64,000 bases of DNA from Acidobacteriota bacterium (GCA_015659035.1 DQNS01000034.1:1372-65371); one strand, 5' to 3'. Positions 25,817-34,880 are shown, counted from the stretch's first letter. The notes: generated by a model from the letters alone, not told the origin. A program made the numbers and translations.

Positions 25817-26785
25817 TTAGATCGGTACGACCAGCAGATCCCCGGCTCGAGTTGCCCCGGGCAGCGCCGTCGCCTCCTCCGGTGGCAGCGGCATTCGGAC
25901 GACCGCCTGGCGGTTGAGCGTGGTCCCTTCGACCAGGCGGACGCCGTCGGCGAGGATGCAGTCCCTCACCACGCACCCGGCCCCGACGGTCACATCGTCC
26001 CAGAGCACCGATCGCTCGAGACGCGCCGACGGGTGCACGACGTTGCGGAGACCGCGCGGCACGGCCGGCTGTGTCTCGTCGGCGGCCACGGCACGCGCGG
26101 TCTCCAGGTAGTCGGCCGTGGTGCCGATGTCGTGAACGCGTCCCACGATGTGATGCGCCGCGACCTGTCCCGGGTGGGCCAGCAGCGTGTCATAGAGCCC
26201 CCCGATCGACGCGGCCGGGTCGCCGTCCCTCAGCGTCTCGAACACCGAGGCGTCGGCGATCTGGACTCCGACGAAGTGCGCCGGGTCTCGCGGGTCGCCG
26301 GCTCGGGCGAACCCCCGGACCCATCCATCCGCGTTCGCGAGGACGCCACCGTAGCGCCGCGGCGCCGGGTTCGGTGTGACGGCGAGTGTGACCCTGGCGT
26401 TGCGGGCGAGATGGGCGTCCAGGAGGTCTCGGAGGTCGACGTCGCACAGCGTGTCGCCATTGATGAGAAAGAAGCGGTCGTCCAGCAGCGGCAAGGCCCG
26501 GCGGGGGCCGCCGGCCGACCCGAGGAGCACGCGCTCCCAGGAGTAGCGGACGCGACAGCCCAAGGCGGCGCCGTCGCCGACCACCCCCGTGATCGTATCC
26601 GGCCGGTGATGCAGATTCACCACGACGTCGCGCACGCCCCGGGCGGCCAACCGGGTCAGGTGCCGGCAGACCAGCGGGACGCCGGCGACCGGCACCGCCG
26701 CTTTCGCCCGGCAGAACGTCAGCGGGCGCAGCCGGGTGCCCAGACCGGCGGCGAGCACGAGCGCGGGCGGCAACGTGGCGGTCAC
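25817..26785 (-). CDS. NDP-sugar nucleotidyltransferase (MurU-like)
   Basis: LAAGLGTRLRPLT...K, VVNLHH, LGSAGG, INGD, DIGT..Y; short C-terminal hexapeptide-like repeats. Confidence 0.82.
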   Translation of the reverse strand: MTATLPPALVLAAGLGTRLRPLTFCRAKAAVPVAGVPLVCRHLTRLAARGVRDVVVNLHHRPDTITGVVGDGAALGCRVRYSWERVLLGSAGGPRRALPLLDDRFFLINGDTLCDVDLRDLLDAHLARNARVTLAVTPNPAPRRYGGVLANADGWVRGFARAGDPRDPAHFVGVQIADASVFETLRDGDPAASIGGLYDTLLAHPGQVAAHHIVGRVHDIGTTADYLETARAVAADETQPAVPRGLRNVVHPSARLERSVLWDDVTVGAGCVVRDCILADGVRLVEGTTLNRQAVVRMPLPPEEATALPGATRAGDLLVVPI

Positions 26786-27339
26786 GGTTCGTCGAACAGC
26801 ATATGGGTCGCTGTCGATCCCTGGGCCGCACAATGTTTGCGGAAGAGGGCCAGATAGGAGTCGAGCACGAAGTCCGACGCGGGGCGTTCGAGCGTTCTCG
26901 CCATGGCGAGGATGTCCTCCTCGGTGCCCTCGAGTTCGACGAACGTGCCGATGGGGGATTCGTCGACGGCGATCACCAGATCGCCGCGGCGGAACTCCTC
27001 GCGGTATTTCTGGTACCGAAACCAGACATGAAAACCCAGTCGCTCGAACAATCGCAGTAGCAACGCGCCATCACCCACAGTGGTCTCGAGCTCTTCCCGG
27101 ACCTTCGTTCTGGCCAGCGCGGGCGCGCCTTTGAAGGTGACGTACGCGCGGTCGCCGTCGACCCGGACGCGCAAGGTGCTGTGGCGGGCGCCCAGCGGTT
27201 GCGTCTCGCGGTCCAGCAGACAGTCGTTCTGCAGTCGTCGACCGCGCAGCGGTGTCGCGCCCGCCTCGACAACTGCCCGGCGCGCCGCGGCCGGGCTGTC
27301 GTAAGGCAGCTTGATCTCACGCTCGACCTCGTTTTCCAT
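26782..27339 (-). CDS. CYTH domain protein (class IV adenylate cyclase-like triphosphate tunnel enzyme)
   Basis: EREIK (ExExK), LRVR, TFKG, REELET, YQKYRE, FVELEG. Confidence 0.88.
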   Translation of the reverse strand: MENEVEREIKLPYDSPAAARRAVVEAGATPLRGRRLQNDCLLDRETQPLGARHSTLRVRVDGDRAYVTFKGAPALARTKVREELETTVGDGALLLRLFERLGFHVWFRYQKYREEFRRGDLVIAVDESPIGTFVELEGTEEDILAMARTLERPASDFVLDSYLALFRKHCAAQGSTATHMLFDEP

Positions 27340-27346
27340 CTGTCCG

Positions 27347-28504
27347 TCACGTCACCCGTGTGCGGAACGAGCACCCCCGCAAGGGGGGGACACCGACCTG
27401 CTTGCCCAGGAGCAACACCTTGTGGGTGCTGCCGAGCCCGCCTGGGACCAGCAACGTCTTGAGCGCCAGTCGCTGCTTGAGCGCGTCGGCGTTGGCGGCG
27501 CCGATGCCAGGGTCGTCCAGCGCTCCGAGGCCCAGCAAGAAATAGCTCTGGTCGAGCAGTCCGAGCACCTCGAGACCCTCCGCCTCCGCGGCCGCCCGGA
27601 CCGACGTCAGGTCCACGTGGGCCGTGATGTCCCGCTCGCCAGGATGGCTCAGCCACGCGGGGCCGTCCGGCTGATGCGGGTCGTCACCCACCGTCCCGAT
27701 GAGATGGCGGTGGAAGGAGGTCAGCGTACCTGTGCCGTGACCCTGAGAGTAGAGCTCCTCCGCCGTGTGACCGTAGTCGATCAGGATGATAAAGCCGCGC
27801 TCGAGCCGCCGTGCGGCCGTGCGCACCCACTCGACCGCCGCCAGGTTTATCTCACCGCGCCAGCCGGCGGCGAGGTCCACGTCGAGTCGCGCGAGATAGT
27901 CGGCGAGCGCCGGGCTCGAGGGTGGTCCGGTGCGTTCGACCAGGCGGTCCCCGGCAAGGTCGATGTAGATCTCCCGCAGGCCGTCGGAGGTCATCGAGAC
28001 AGCGTGCGTGGGTAGCGCATCGAGTAACTCGTTCGCCAGGATCGCGCCCGAGACCCGGTCCGGCATTGTGGTCGCCGAGGAGGCGAGCCGGGCCCAGTGG
28101 CGCCCCAGGGTGTTCGGCTGGACGGCGCGCGCGGCCGCGCTCGTCTCGACCAGCGTGAGTCGGGTGACCGCGTACAGCTCGGGGTAGGTCGCTTCGGCGG
28201 TGTCGAGCAGGTCCCGTGCCAGTTGCCCATTGCCCGCGCCGACTTCCACCAGGTCGAACACCAGGGAGCCGGCCGACGCGAGCAGCCGGTGCATCTCGTC
28301 GATCTGGATGGCGAGTAGCGCGCCGAACTGCGGTCCGACGTCGACGCTGGTGTAGAAGTCACCCGCGCGCCCGGTCCGCTGGGGCGCGCGGGTGTAGTAG
28401 CCGAGGGTCGGGTGGTAGAGCGCGAGGTCCATGAACTCCGCCGTCGTCAGCGGTCCGCGGTCTCGGATCCGCTCGACGATCAGCGCGCGGAGCGACATGG
28501 ACAT
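27347..28504 (-). CDS. SAM-dependent methyltransferase, MidA/NDUFAF7 family
   Basis: FM..ALYHP..GYY, GDFYTS, EVGAGNG, ANELLDALP, IDYG, DITAHVD. Confidence 0.9.
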   Translation of the reverse strand: MSMSLRALIVERIRDRGPLTTAEFMDLALYHPTLGYYTRAPQRTGRAGDFYTSVDVGPQFGALLAIQIDEMHRLLASAGSLVFDLVEVGAGNGQLARDLLDTAEATYPELYAVTRLTLVETSAAARAVQPNTLGRHWARLASSATTMPDRVSGAILANELLDALPTHAVSMTSDGLREIYIDLAGDRLVERTGPPSSPALADYLARLDVDLAAGWRGEINLAAVEWVRTAARRLERGFIILIDYGHTAEELYSQGHGTGTLTSFHRHLIGTVGDDPHQPDGPAWLSHPGERDITAHVDLTSVRAAAEAEGLEVLGLLDQSYFLLGLGALDDPGIGAANADALKQRLALKTLLVPGGLGSTHKVLLLGKQVGVPPLRGCSFRTRVT

Positions 28505-28547
28505 CGGGCTAGTGGTGAGCGTCCCGCTGCCCTTTCACCGCGGGCGG

Positions 28548-30086
28548 CTACTCTTTGCGGACCCGGAGGAGGGCCTGCGAGTTGCCTCTGAGGATCAACA
28601 GAAACGCCAGGCGTCCGGACTCGACCCTGTTCAGCTCTCGGATCGCCTCGGCCGCGGTGCTCACCGGTTGCCGGTTGACCGTGGTGATCAGGTCGTCCGG
28701 CCGCACGCCCCCGGCCAGCGCTGACCCGTTGGGGTCCACGTCGGTCACGACCGCGCCCGCCGTGCCCGGCGCGATGTCGAGCCGACGCGCTGACTCCGCC
28801 GTCAGGTCCTGCAAACGCATGCCGAAGCCGGTGTTCAGATCCTCGACGACCACCCGCGTCGGCTGTCCCTCGGTCCCCAGATCCAGCTCGCCGATCGTGA
28901 TCGGCACCGTCGTCGGTGCGCCACCCCGATACACCCCCAACTCGACCACCGTGCCCGGCCGCGTGTCGACCACCTTCTGCTGCAGGTCCTCGACACTCTC
29001 GACCCGCTCGCCGTCGAAGCTGACGATCACGTCCTCCAGCTCGAGGTCGGAGTCGTTCGCCGGCCCGTCCGAAAAGATTTGAGACACGATCGCGCCCATC
29101 GGTTCATCCAGCCCGAGGTACTCGTAGTCGTCGTCGGTGACCGGCCAGATCGACACGCCGATCACCCCGCGTGTCACCTTGCCCGTGCGCAGCTGCGGCA
29201 GGATCTCCCGCACCGTGTTGATCGGCACGGCGAAGCCGATGCCCAGGTTGCTTGGGCGATCGCTCACGATGGCGGTGTTGATCCCGATCACCTCGCCCCG
29301 TAGGTTCAGGAGCGGACCACCCGAGTTGCCGGGGTTGATCGCCGCGTCGGTCTGAATGACCGACTGTGACCGGCCCGGGATTTGGGTGAAAGGCCGGCCG
29401 ACTGCGCTGATGACCCCGACCGTTACGGTGTGACCGAGCCCGAACGGGTTGCCGATCGCCATCACCCAGTCGCCGGCGCGCATCTGGTCCGAGTCGCCGA
29501 ACTGCGCCTCGGGGAGCGGATAGTCCGGCGGGTCGATCAGTTCGAGTAACGCGCTGTCGGTCAGCCGGTCGCGCCCGATCACCCGGGCCTCGTAGAGCTC
29601 GTCGTCGTCACCGAAGAACGTGACCTCGATCTTGAGTGCGTCCTCTACGACGTGGTTGTTGGTGAGGATGAACCCCGCTTGGTCGATGACGAAGCCGGTG
29701 CCGGCCGCGACCGTCGGCCGCCCCGAGGGTCCGCCGTTCTCCTCGCGCGGTTGCCGGCGCTGCTCGGGCGGGTCGTCGAAGAACCGCCGGAGAAACTCGT
29801 CGCCGAAGAACTGGCTCAGCTCCTGGGTCTGGCCTTGAGATTCGGTGCGGATGTTGACGACCATCGGAGTCTGCGCGTCCGCGATGTCCCGGAACGTGTT
29901 CGCGCCCAGCTGCCCCGTGATCGCCGCGCTGTTCATGGCCGGCATGGCCGGTCCGGCCGACGTGTTGATGGTTTGCGCTGTCGGGCTGGACACGAGGTCG
30001 AGCCGCGCGGCGATCACGAGACCGATCGCCACCGAGGCTACGGCGATCAGAACCCCAGAAAACAGCGTGTTCCTGCGTGTTGACAT
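28548..30086 (-). CDS. DegP/DegQ-type trypsin-like serine protease with two PDZ domains
   Basis: GTGFVI, TNNHVV, AIGNPFG, QTDAAINPGNSGGPL, IGFAVP. Confidence 0.93.
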   Translation of the reverse strand: MSTRRNTLFSGVLIAVASVAIGLVIAARLDLVSSPTAQTINTSAGPAMPAMNSAAITGQLGANTFRDIADAQTPMVVNIRTESQGQTQELSQFFGDEFLRRFFDDPPEQRRQPREENGGPSGRPTVAAGTGFVIDQAGFILTNNHVVEDALKIEVTFFGDDDELYEARVIGRDRLTDSALLELIDPPDYPLPEAQFGDSDQMRAGDWVMAIGNPFGLGHTVTVGVISAVGRPFTQIPGRSQSVIQTDAAINPGNSGGPLLNLRGEVIGINTAIVSDRPSNLGIGFAVPINTVREILPQLRTGKVTRGVIGVSIWPVTDDDYEYLGLDEPMGAIVSQIFSDGPANDSDLELEDVIVSFDGERVESVEDLQQKVVDTRPGTVVELGVYRGGAPTTVPITIGELDLGTEGQPTRVVVEDLNTGFGMRLQDLTAESARRLDIAPGTAGAVVTDVDPNGSALAGGVRPDDLITTVNRQPVSTAAEAIRELNRVESGRLAFLLILRGNSQALLRVRKE

Positions 30087-30108
30087 CCTGCCCTCCACTC
30101 CGTCTACA

Positions 30109-31338
30109 TTACCGCAACGTCCGGATCTCCGTCTGCAGCGGGCCGGTGACGGTTGCCGACCGGTGCCCGACGTGCAGGTTGATCTCGGTCCGGAGACCGA
30201 AGTCCTCGAAATATATACCGGGCTCGATGGTCATACCGGTGCCCGGGAGAAGACGGCGCTCGTCGTGTGTCTCGAAATCGTCGAGATGCACGCCGTTGCC
30301 ATGGACCTCCTCCCCCAGACTGTGTCCGGTCCGGTGGACGAACCGGTCGCCGAACCCGGCCGCGGCGATCAGACCGCGCGCCGCGCGGTCGACCTCCCAG
30401 CCGCGTAACTCGCCGCCCGCGCGTGTCGCCCGCTGCACCAGCGCGACCGCCGCGTCACGCCCCTCGCAGATCACCGTGAACGCATCAGCATACCGTGCCG
30501 GCACGGTGGTTCCGGTGTAGCCCACCCAGGTGATGTCGGCGTAGACCGCCCTCGGTGTCGGCAGTTTGCCCCACAGGTCGAGCAACAACACCTCGTCCGA
30601 CCCGATGACCCGGTGCCGATCGCGTGTCGGTAGGTAATGCGGGTCGCCCGCGTTCTCCTGTGCCGCCACCACCGGGCGAGAGTCGCTGACGAGCCCCGCG
30701 TCCTCGAACCAGCCGGCCATCGCGTCCTGGACCTCGAACTCGGTGACCGGGTCGCCGCTGCGCATCCGCTGCGTCACCAGGTCGAACGCCTGGTCCTTGA
30801 TGGCGTAGAGGGCGCTGGAGGCTGCCTCATGGGACCCGAGGGCGTCCGCGTCCCAGACCGCCTCGAACCGCTGGACCAGGTCTCCGGACGAGCGCACCTC
30901 GACCCCGTGGGCGCGGACCGCGTCGACGGTGCCGGCGTCGACCCGCGAGACGTAGGGGATGGCGCACCCGGGCGAGAACTCCATGGCCACCGTCCGACAG
31001 CCCCTCAGCAGCGCCCGTAGCCCGGCGTCGAGCTCGCCGTGCCGCGCGTAGCGCGTCTTGTTGCCGGGGAGATGGTCGAGACGGTCGCGCTCGATCGCGT
31101 GCACGAGCGCGCGCGGCGGACCGTCCACCGGGATCAGGTAGTACCAGCGCCGTGTCGTCAGCTTGGCCGCATCGTTTAGCCCGGTCACCCGCCGGGCAAT
31201 CGGGTTGGAGCCGTGAAAGTCGTACAGCAGCCACCCGTCGAGGCCGTCATCACGCAAGGCGCGCTGGACGGCAGCGATGTCTAGCAGTCCGTGCTGAAGG
31301 TCGCCGCTGCATTCGACCGATGCTGCATCCTGCCTCAC
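30109..31338 (-). CDS. M24 family Xaa-Pro peptidase (5' end remodelled by repeat insertion)
   Basis: LLDLW, YADITW, FVHRTGHSLG..VHG, TIEPGIY, GLRTE. GTG 31338 with GGAGG SD lies inside a repeat; the probable ancestral start is ATG 31464. Confidence 0.88.
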   Translation of the reverse strand: MRQDAASVECSGDLQHGLLDIAAVQRALRDDGLDGWLLYDFHGSNPIARRVTGLNDAAKLTTRRWYYLIPVDGPPRALVHAIERDRLDHLPGNKTRYARHGELDAGLRALLRGCRTVAMEFSPGCAIPYVSRVDAGTVDAVRAHGVEVRSSGDLVQRFEAVWDADALGSHEAASSALYAIKDQAFDLVTQRMRSGDPVTEFEVQDAMAGWFEDAGLVSDSRPVVAAQENAGDPHYLPTRDRHRVIGSDEVLLLDLWGKLPTPRAVYADITWVGYTGTTVPARYADAFTVICEGRDAAVALVQRATRAGGELRGWEVDRAARGLIAAAGFGDRFVHRTGHSLGEEVHGNGVHLDDFETHDERRLLPGTGMTIEPGIYFEDFGLRTEINLHVGHRSATVTGPLQTEIRTLR

Positions 31339-31458
31339 TGCGTTGTTCCTCCGTCAAACACTGCCGGTATTCTCACGGTCACGCCTTGTAACAGCCTGGC
31401 GCGGCATTGCTGACGACGGGTCTCGGTGCGACGCGGGACCTTCAGCACGGACTGCTAG
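31281..31458 (+). mobile_element. family-A repeat, copy 5: MITE-like, perfect 22-bp terminal inverted repeats, CTAG duplication
   Basis: CTAGCAGTCCGTGCTGAAGGTC...GACCTTCAGCACGGACTGCTAG; removing 174 nt restores ATG AGC CTA GAC ATC (MSLDI) of the peptidase. Confidence 0.85.
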
Positions 31459-31558
31459 GCTCATGAGGTGGAGTATAGCAGCGGCCGCGCCGTCAGCCGG
31501 TGACACTTGCGTCGTCATCTACTGGTTTGGACGCCGGACTTTATGTGAAGGTTGGGAC

Positions 31559-31981
31559 GTGCCGTTCCGCTTTTTCGACCACACCGCCGACGTCGGTCTC
31601 GAGCTGAGCGCGCCTACCCTGCCGGCGCTCTTCGAGGAGGCGGCCCTGGCGCTGAGTGCGGTGCTCTCCCGGTCAGGGCGGGTCGAGCCGCGGCGCCACG
31701 TGTCTGTCTCGCTGACGGCGCCCTCTCTCGAGCAGCTGCTCGTCGACTGGCTCGCCGAGCTCCTCGGCCGGTTCGACGTCGAGCTGTGGGTGACCGGCGG
31801 GGTCGAGGTGACGGTTGACCGCGGTGACGGACGCTGCAGCTTGCAGGCGCTGGTCGCCGGCGAGCCGCTCGACCTCCGCCGCCACCCGGGCGCGCTACCG
31901 GTGAAGGGCATCACGTATCATCGGCTCAGCGTCCTGCAGACCGCTGACGGCTGGTGCGCCACCATCGTGCTCGATGTGTAG
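31559..31981 (+). CDS. archease (RtcB activator)
   Basis: F.FFDHTADVG, LEQLLVDWLAELL, VKGITYH, C-terminal VLDV; directly upstream of rtcB. Confidence 0.92.
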   Translation: MPFRFFDHTADVGLELSAPTLPALFEEAALALSAVLSRSGRVEPRRHVSVSLTAPSLEQLLVDWLAELLGRFDVELWVTGGVEVTVDRGDGRCSLQALVAGEPLDLRRHPGALPVKGITYHRLSVLQTADGWCATIVLDV

Positions 31982-31994
31982 GAGAGAGCTCTAC

Positions 31995-32114
31995 AGAAGT
32001 CAGGAGTCAGTCCTTCGACAACAACACCCCTGTGCTCTGCTCAGGATGAGCGGACGGAAGTCAGGAGAAGCCGGCCTGTCCGCCGTCGCCTTGGCGAAGG
32101 CGGGAGGGCTTTGC
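31995..32114 (+). repeat. family-C composite repeat, copy 1
   Basis: Heptamer run, then a 49-nt core (32007-32055) identical to 40485-40533 and 52483-52531, then a GCCTGTCCGCCGTCGCCTTGGCGAAGGCGG hairpin. Confidence 0.88.
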
Positions 32115-32150
32115 CGCGTTGCTTGAGACACTCACTGGAAAGGCCGGACC

Positions 32151-33602
32151 ATGCCGACACGAGGCGTGCACCTAGAACAGATCGATCCGTATCGCTGGCG
32201 GGTGCCGAGACAGGGCGGGATGCTGGTGGACGGTATCGTCTACGCTGACGCCGCGGTGGCCGGTGATCTGCGTCACGACCCGAGCCTCGAACAGGTCTGC
32301 AACGTCGCGCATCTGCCTGGTATCGTCGGTGCATCGCTCGCGATGCCGGACGTGCACTGGGGCTACGGGTTTCCGATCGGCGGGGTGGCGGCCACCAGCC
32401 TCGACGGCGGGGTCATCTCGCCGGGCGGGGTCGGCTACGACATCAATTGAGGCGTCCGTCTGCTGCGCTCAGGTCTGAGCCGCACCGACGTCGCCGACCA
32501 TCTACCCCGGATTGCCGATCGGATGTATCACAACGTCCCCACAGGAGTGGGGGCGCGCCGGCGGGATCTGCAGCTCTCGTCCCGCGATCTGCGGGCCGTG
32601 CTCGAGCGCGGGGCCGCGTGGGCGGTGGCGCGTGGATACGGTACCGAGGCGGATCTCGAGCGGGTGGAGGAGCGCGGCTGTCTCCCAGGTGCCGACCCCG
32701 ACCTGCTGTCCGCACGGGCACTCGAGCGGGGGCGGCCGCAACTCGGGACGCTCGGGTCTGGGAACCACTTCGCCGAGCTGCAGTATGTCTCCGAAATCTA
32801 CGACGCGCCGGTGGCGGCCGCGTTCGGGCTCCGATTGGATCAGGTCACAATCATGCTCCACAGCGGGTCCCGCGGGCTGGGACACCAGGTCTGCCAGGAC
32901 CACCTCCGGGTCATGGTCGACGCCAGTCGCCGCTACGGAATCGCGCTACCGGACCGCCAGCTGTGCTGCGCGCCGCTCGAGTCCCCGGAGGGTCGCCGGT
33001 ATCTGGCCGCGATGTCGGCTGCGGCCAACTTTGCGTTCGCCAACCGACAGGTGATGGCGCACTGGGTCCGCGAGAGCGTGGCGGAGGCGCTGGAGATCGC
33101 CCCCGAGGCCACGCAGCTGGACACCCTGTATGACGTGTGCCACAACATCGCGAAGCTGGAGACGTTCCAGATCGATGGGCGGCCTCAACGACTCTGCGTC
33201 CATCGGAAGGGAGCAACCCGGGCCTATCCGCCCGGGCACCCGGACACCCCGGCGCCCTATCGCCATGTCGGTCAGCCGGTGCTCGTGCCGGGCGACATGG
33301 GTCGGTACTCGTATGTGTTGGTCGGCACCGTCCAGGCGATGCGAGAGACGTTCGGTTCCACCTGCCACGGGGCGGGACGGCGGATGAGCCGGAGACAGGC
33401 CACGCGCGTCGGCGACGCACGTGGCCTGCTCGACGAGCTCCGCGCTCGCGGTATCCATGTGCGGGCCGCTGGTCTGGCCACGGTGGCCGAAGAGCGACCG
33501 GAGGCCTACAAGGATGTCGCCGACATCGTGCGGATCGTCCACGCGGCGGGTGTGAGCACGCGGGTTGCACAACTGCGCCCGCTGGCGGTCATCAAAGGAT
33601 GA
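32151..33602 (+). CDS. rtcB: RtcB RNA ligase, 483 aa, with in-frame TGA (codon 100) at the catalytic Cys position: candidate selenoprotein
   Basis: ORF-track pieces 32151-32450 and 32523-33602 are in one frame. [88 protein letters not shown] and IKG are all intact. Confidence 0.9.
32451..32495 (+). promoter_or_regulatory. putative bacterial SECIS element
   Basis: GGCG/CGCC, CGTC/GACG and TGCGCTCA/TGAGC(C)GCA stems with GGTC apical loop (32472-32475) 21 nt after the TGA; CAGGTCTG equals the fdhF SECIS apex. Confidence 0.75.
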
Positions 33603-33686
33603 GGCGCGCGGCGCGAGAAAAGCAAGGCGCCACGCGAACACCAGGGTCCGCGGGCACCCGTCGGGAGGTTTTCTGCTAGCGGGCTG

Positions 33687-34256
33687 CTAGCGGGCCGGGG
33701 TCTCTGCTTCGTCAGACTCGTCGGTCTCCTCGGTGTCCTCCTCCACCGGCGTCGGCTCCTCCATCTCTTCGAACACGTTGGCCTCGACCACGCCGTTCTG
33801 GTGGGTGAACTCGTAGTTGCTACGATCCATCCGCGAGTCGCGCGGCACCCGCAGCGTTATCTCGACGACCTCGTCAACCAGGAACGGACGCCGCATCCGG
33901 TGGGAGTCGCCGGTCACGGTTTCGCCGTCGCTGTCATACCAGAACTCGTCCACCTTGAACCCCGCGAGCGCGCCGGTCGAGATGTTCTTGATCCGGAAAA
34001 CGGTGACGATCGCGTTGCCCTCACGCCTCGTCACGGGTGGCAGGTAGCCGATTTGCCCGGGCCCCCGCATCGTGGCGACCAGCCGCGAGTCGCCCTCGCT
34101 CTCGAGCAACTCGCGCATCGTCGGCCCTTGGACCGCCGTTGCCGCAACGCTCCCCGCATCGCTCCCCACGTCGCCGGCGTCTGGGCTCCCACAGCCGACC
34201 GCGACGAGACCGACCACCACCGCACCGAGTAGCGCCACTAGATTCAGGCGTCTCAT
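33687..34256 (-). CDS. hypothetical lipoprotein
   Basis: GGAGG SD, signal peptide ending LVAVG-C (lipobox), acidic tail; upstream TTGAAG-N18-TATAAT promoter (34325-34296). Confidence 0.7.
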   Translation of the reverse strand: MRRLNLVALLGAVVVGLVAVGCGSPDAGDVGSDAGSVAATAVQGPTMRELLESEGDSRLVATMRGPGQIGYLPPVTRREGNAIVTVFRIKNISTGALAGFKVDEFWYDSDGETVTGDSHRMRRPFLVDEVVEITLRVPRDSRMDRSNYEFTHQNGVVEANVFEEMEEPTPVEEDTEETDESDEAETPAR

Positions 34257-34336
34257 TGACTGACCTCCGGATTGCGTACAGTGAACATTGGGCGGATTAT
34301 ATGGTGCGTCGCCCAAAAACTTCAACAGCCGCCGCG

Positions 34337-34798
34337 TCACATTTCTCCGTTCCAGTCCTCAGGCTCAGCGTCTCTGGAGTGGATCACCTCCAGGTGCCAC
34401 TTGCCGCCACCCCACGGCTCGATGACCTCGGCCGCGACCACGTCTACAAGCAGCTCCGCGAACGACCGGCCATCAGGGTCGCCCTCCAGATGATACGCTT
34501 CCCCGTCCCAGGCGAAGCTGGGATAGAGCACCAGCGTCAGGAACAGGTCATACCCGTCGTCGACAACGACGAGCTGGCCACATGGCCGCTTCAGCGTCGA
34601 GTGATACACGAGGTATTTCTCGGCGCTGTGGGCGCGGATATACCGCTTGAGGGCGAACTCCCTCGCGACAATGTCCTCGACCGCGATTTTCTTGTCCCAA
34701 CAGTCGCGACAATACTTCGCCTCGTCGCGAGGCTCGGACACATCCTTTGTTCCGCACAACGCACATCGTGACTGGGCCGCCGACCGGGGAGCCATCAT
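34337..34798 (-). CDS. hypothetical protein with N-terminal C4 zinc-binding motif
   Basis: CALCG...YCRDCW followed by a globular, aromatic-rich domain; high-GC3 codon usage. Confidence 0.75.
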   Translation of the reverse strand: MMAPRSAAQSRCALCGTKDVSEPRDEAKYCRDCWDKKIAVEDIVAREFALKRYIRAHSAEKYLVYHSTLKRPCGQLVVVDDGYDLFLTLVLYPSFAWDGEAYHLEGDPDGRSFAELLVDVVAAEVIEPWGGGKWHLEVIHSRDAEPEDWNGEM

Positions 34799-34880
34799 GA
34801 AATTCTAGTTCAGAGACCCGCCTGGGTGCGAGCCAAGAGCCCCATCCATCGGCCCGCCCGAGAATGACTTAACGAACCAG

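Noticed and set aside
32151-33602. rtcB as a pseudogene, a two-gene split or an intein remnant
   Set aside because: Both parts are in one frame with a single TGA exactly at the catalytic Cys, all motifs are intact, a SECIS-like hairpin follows, and there is no inserted intein sequence. Decay is less parsimonious, though not excluded.
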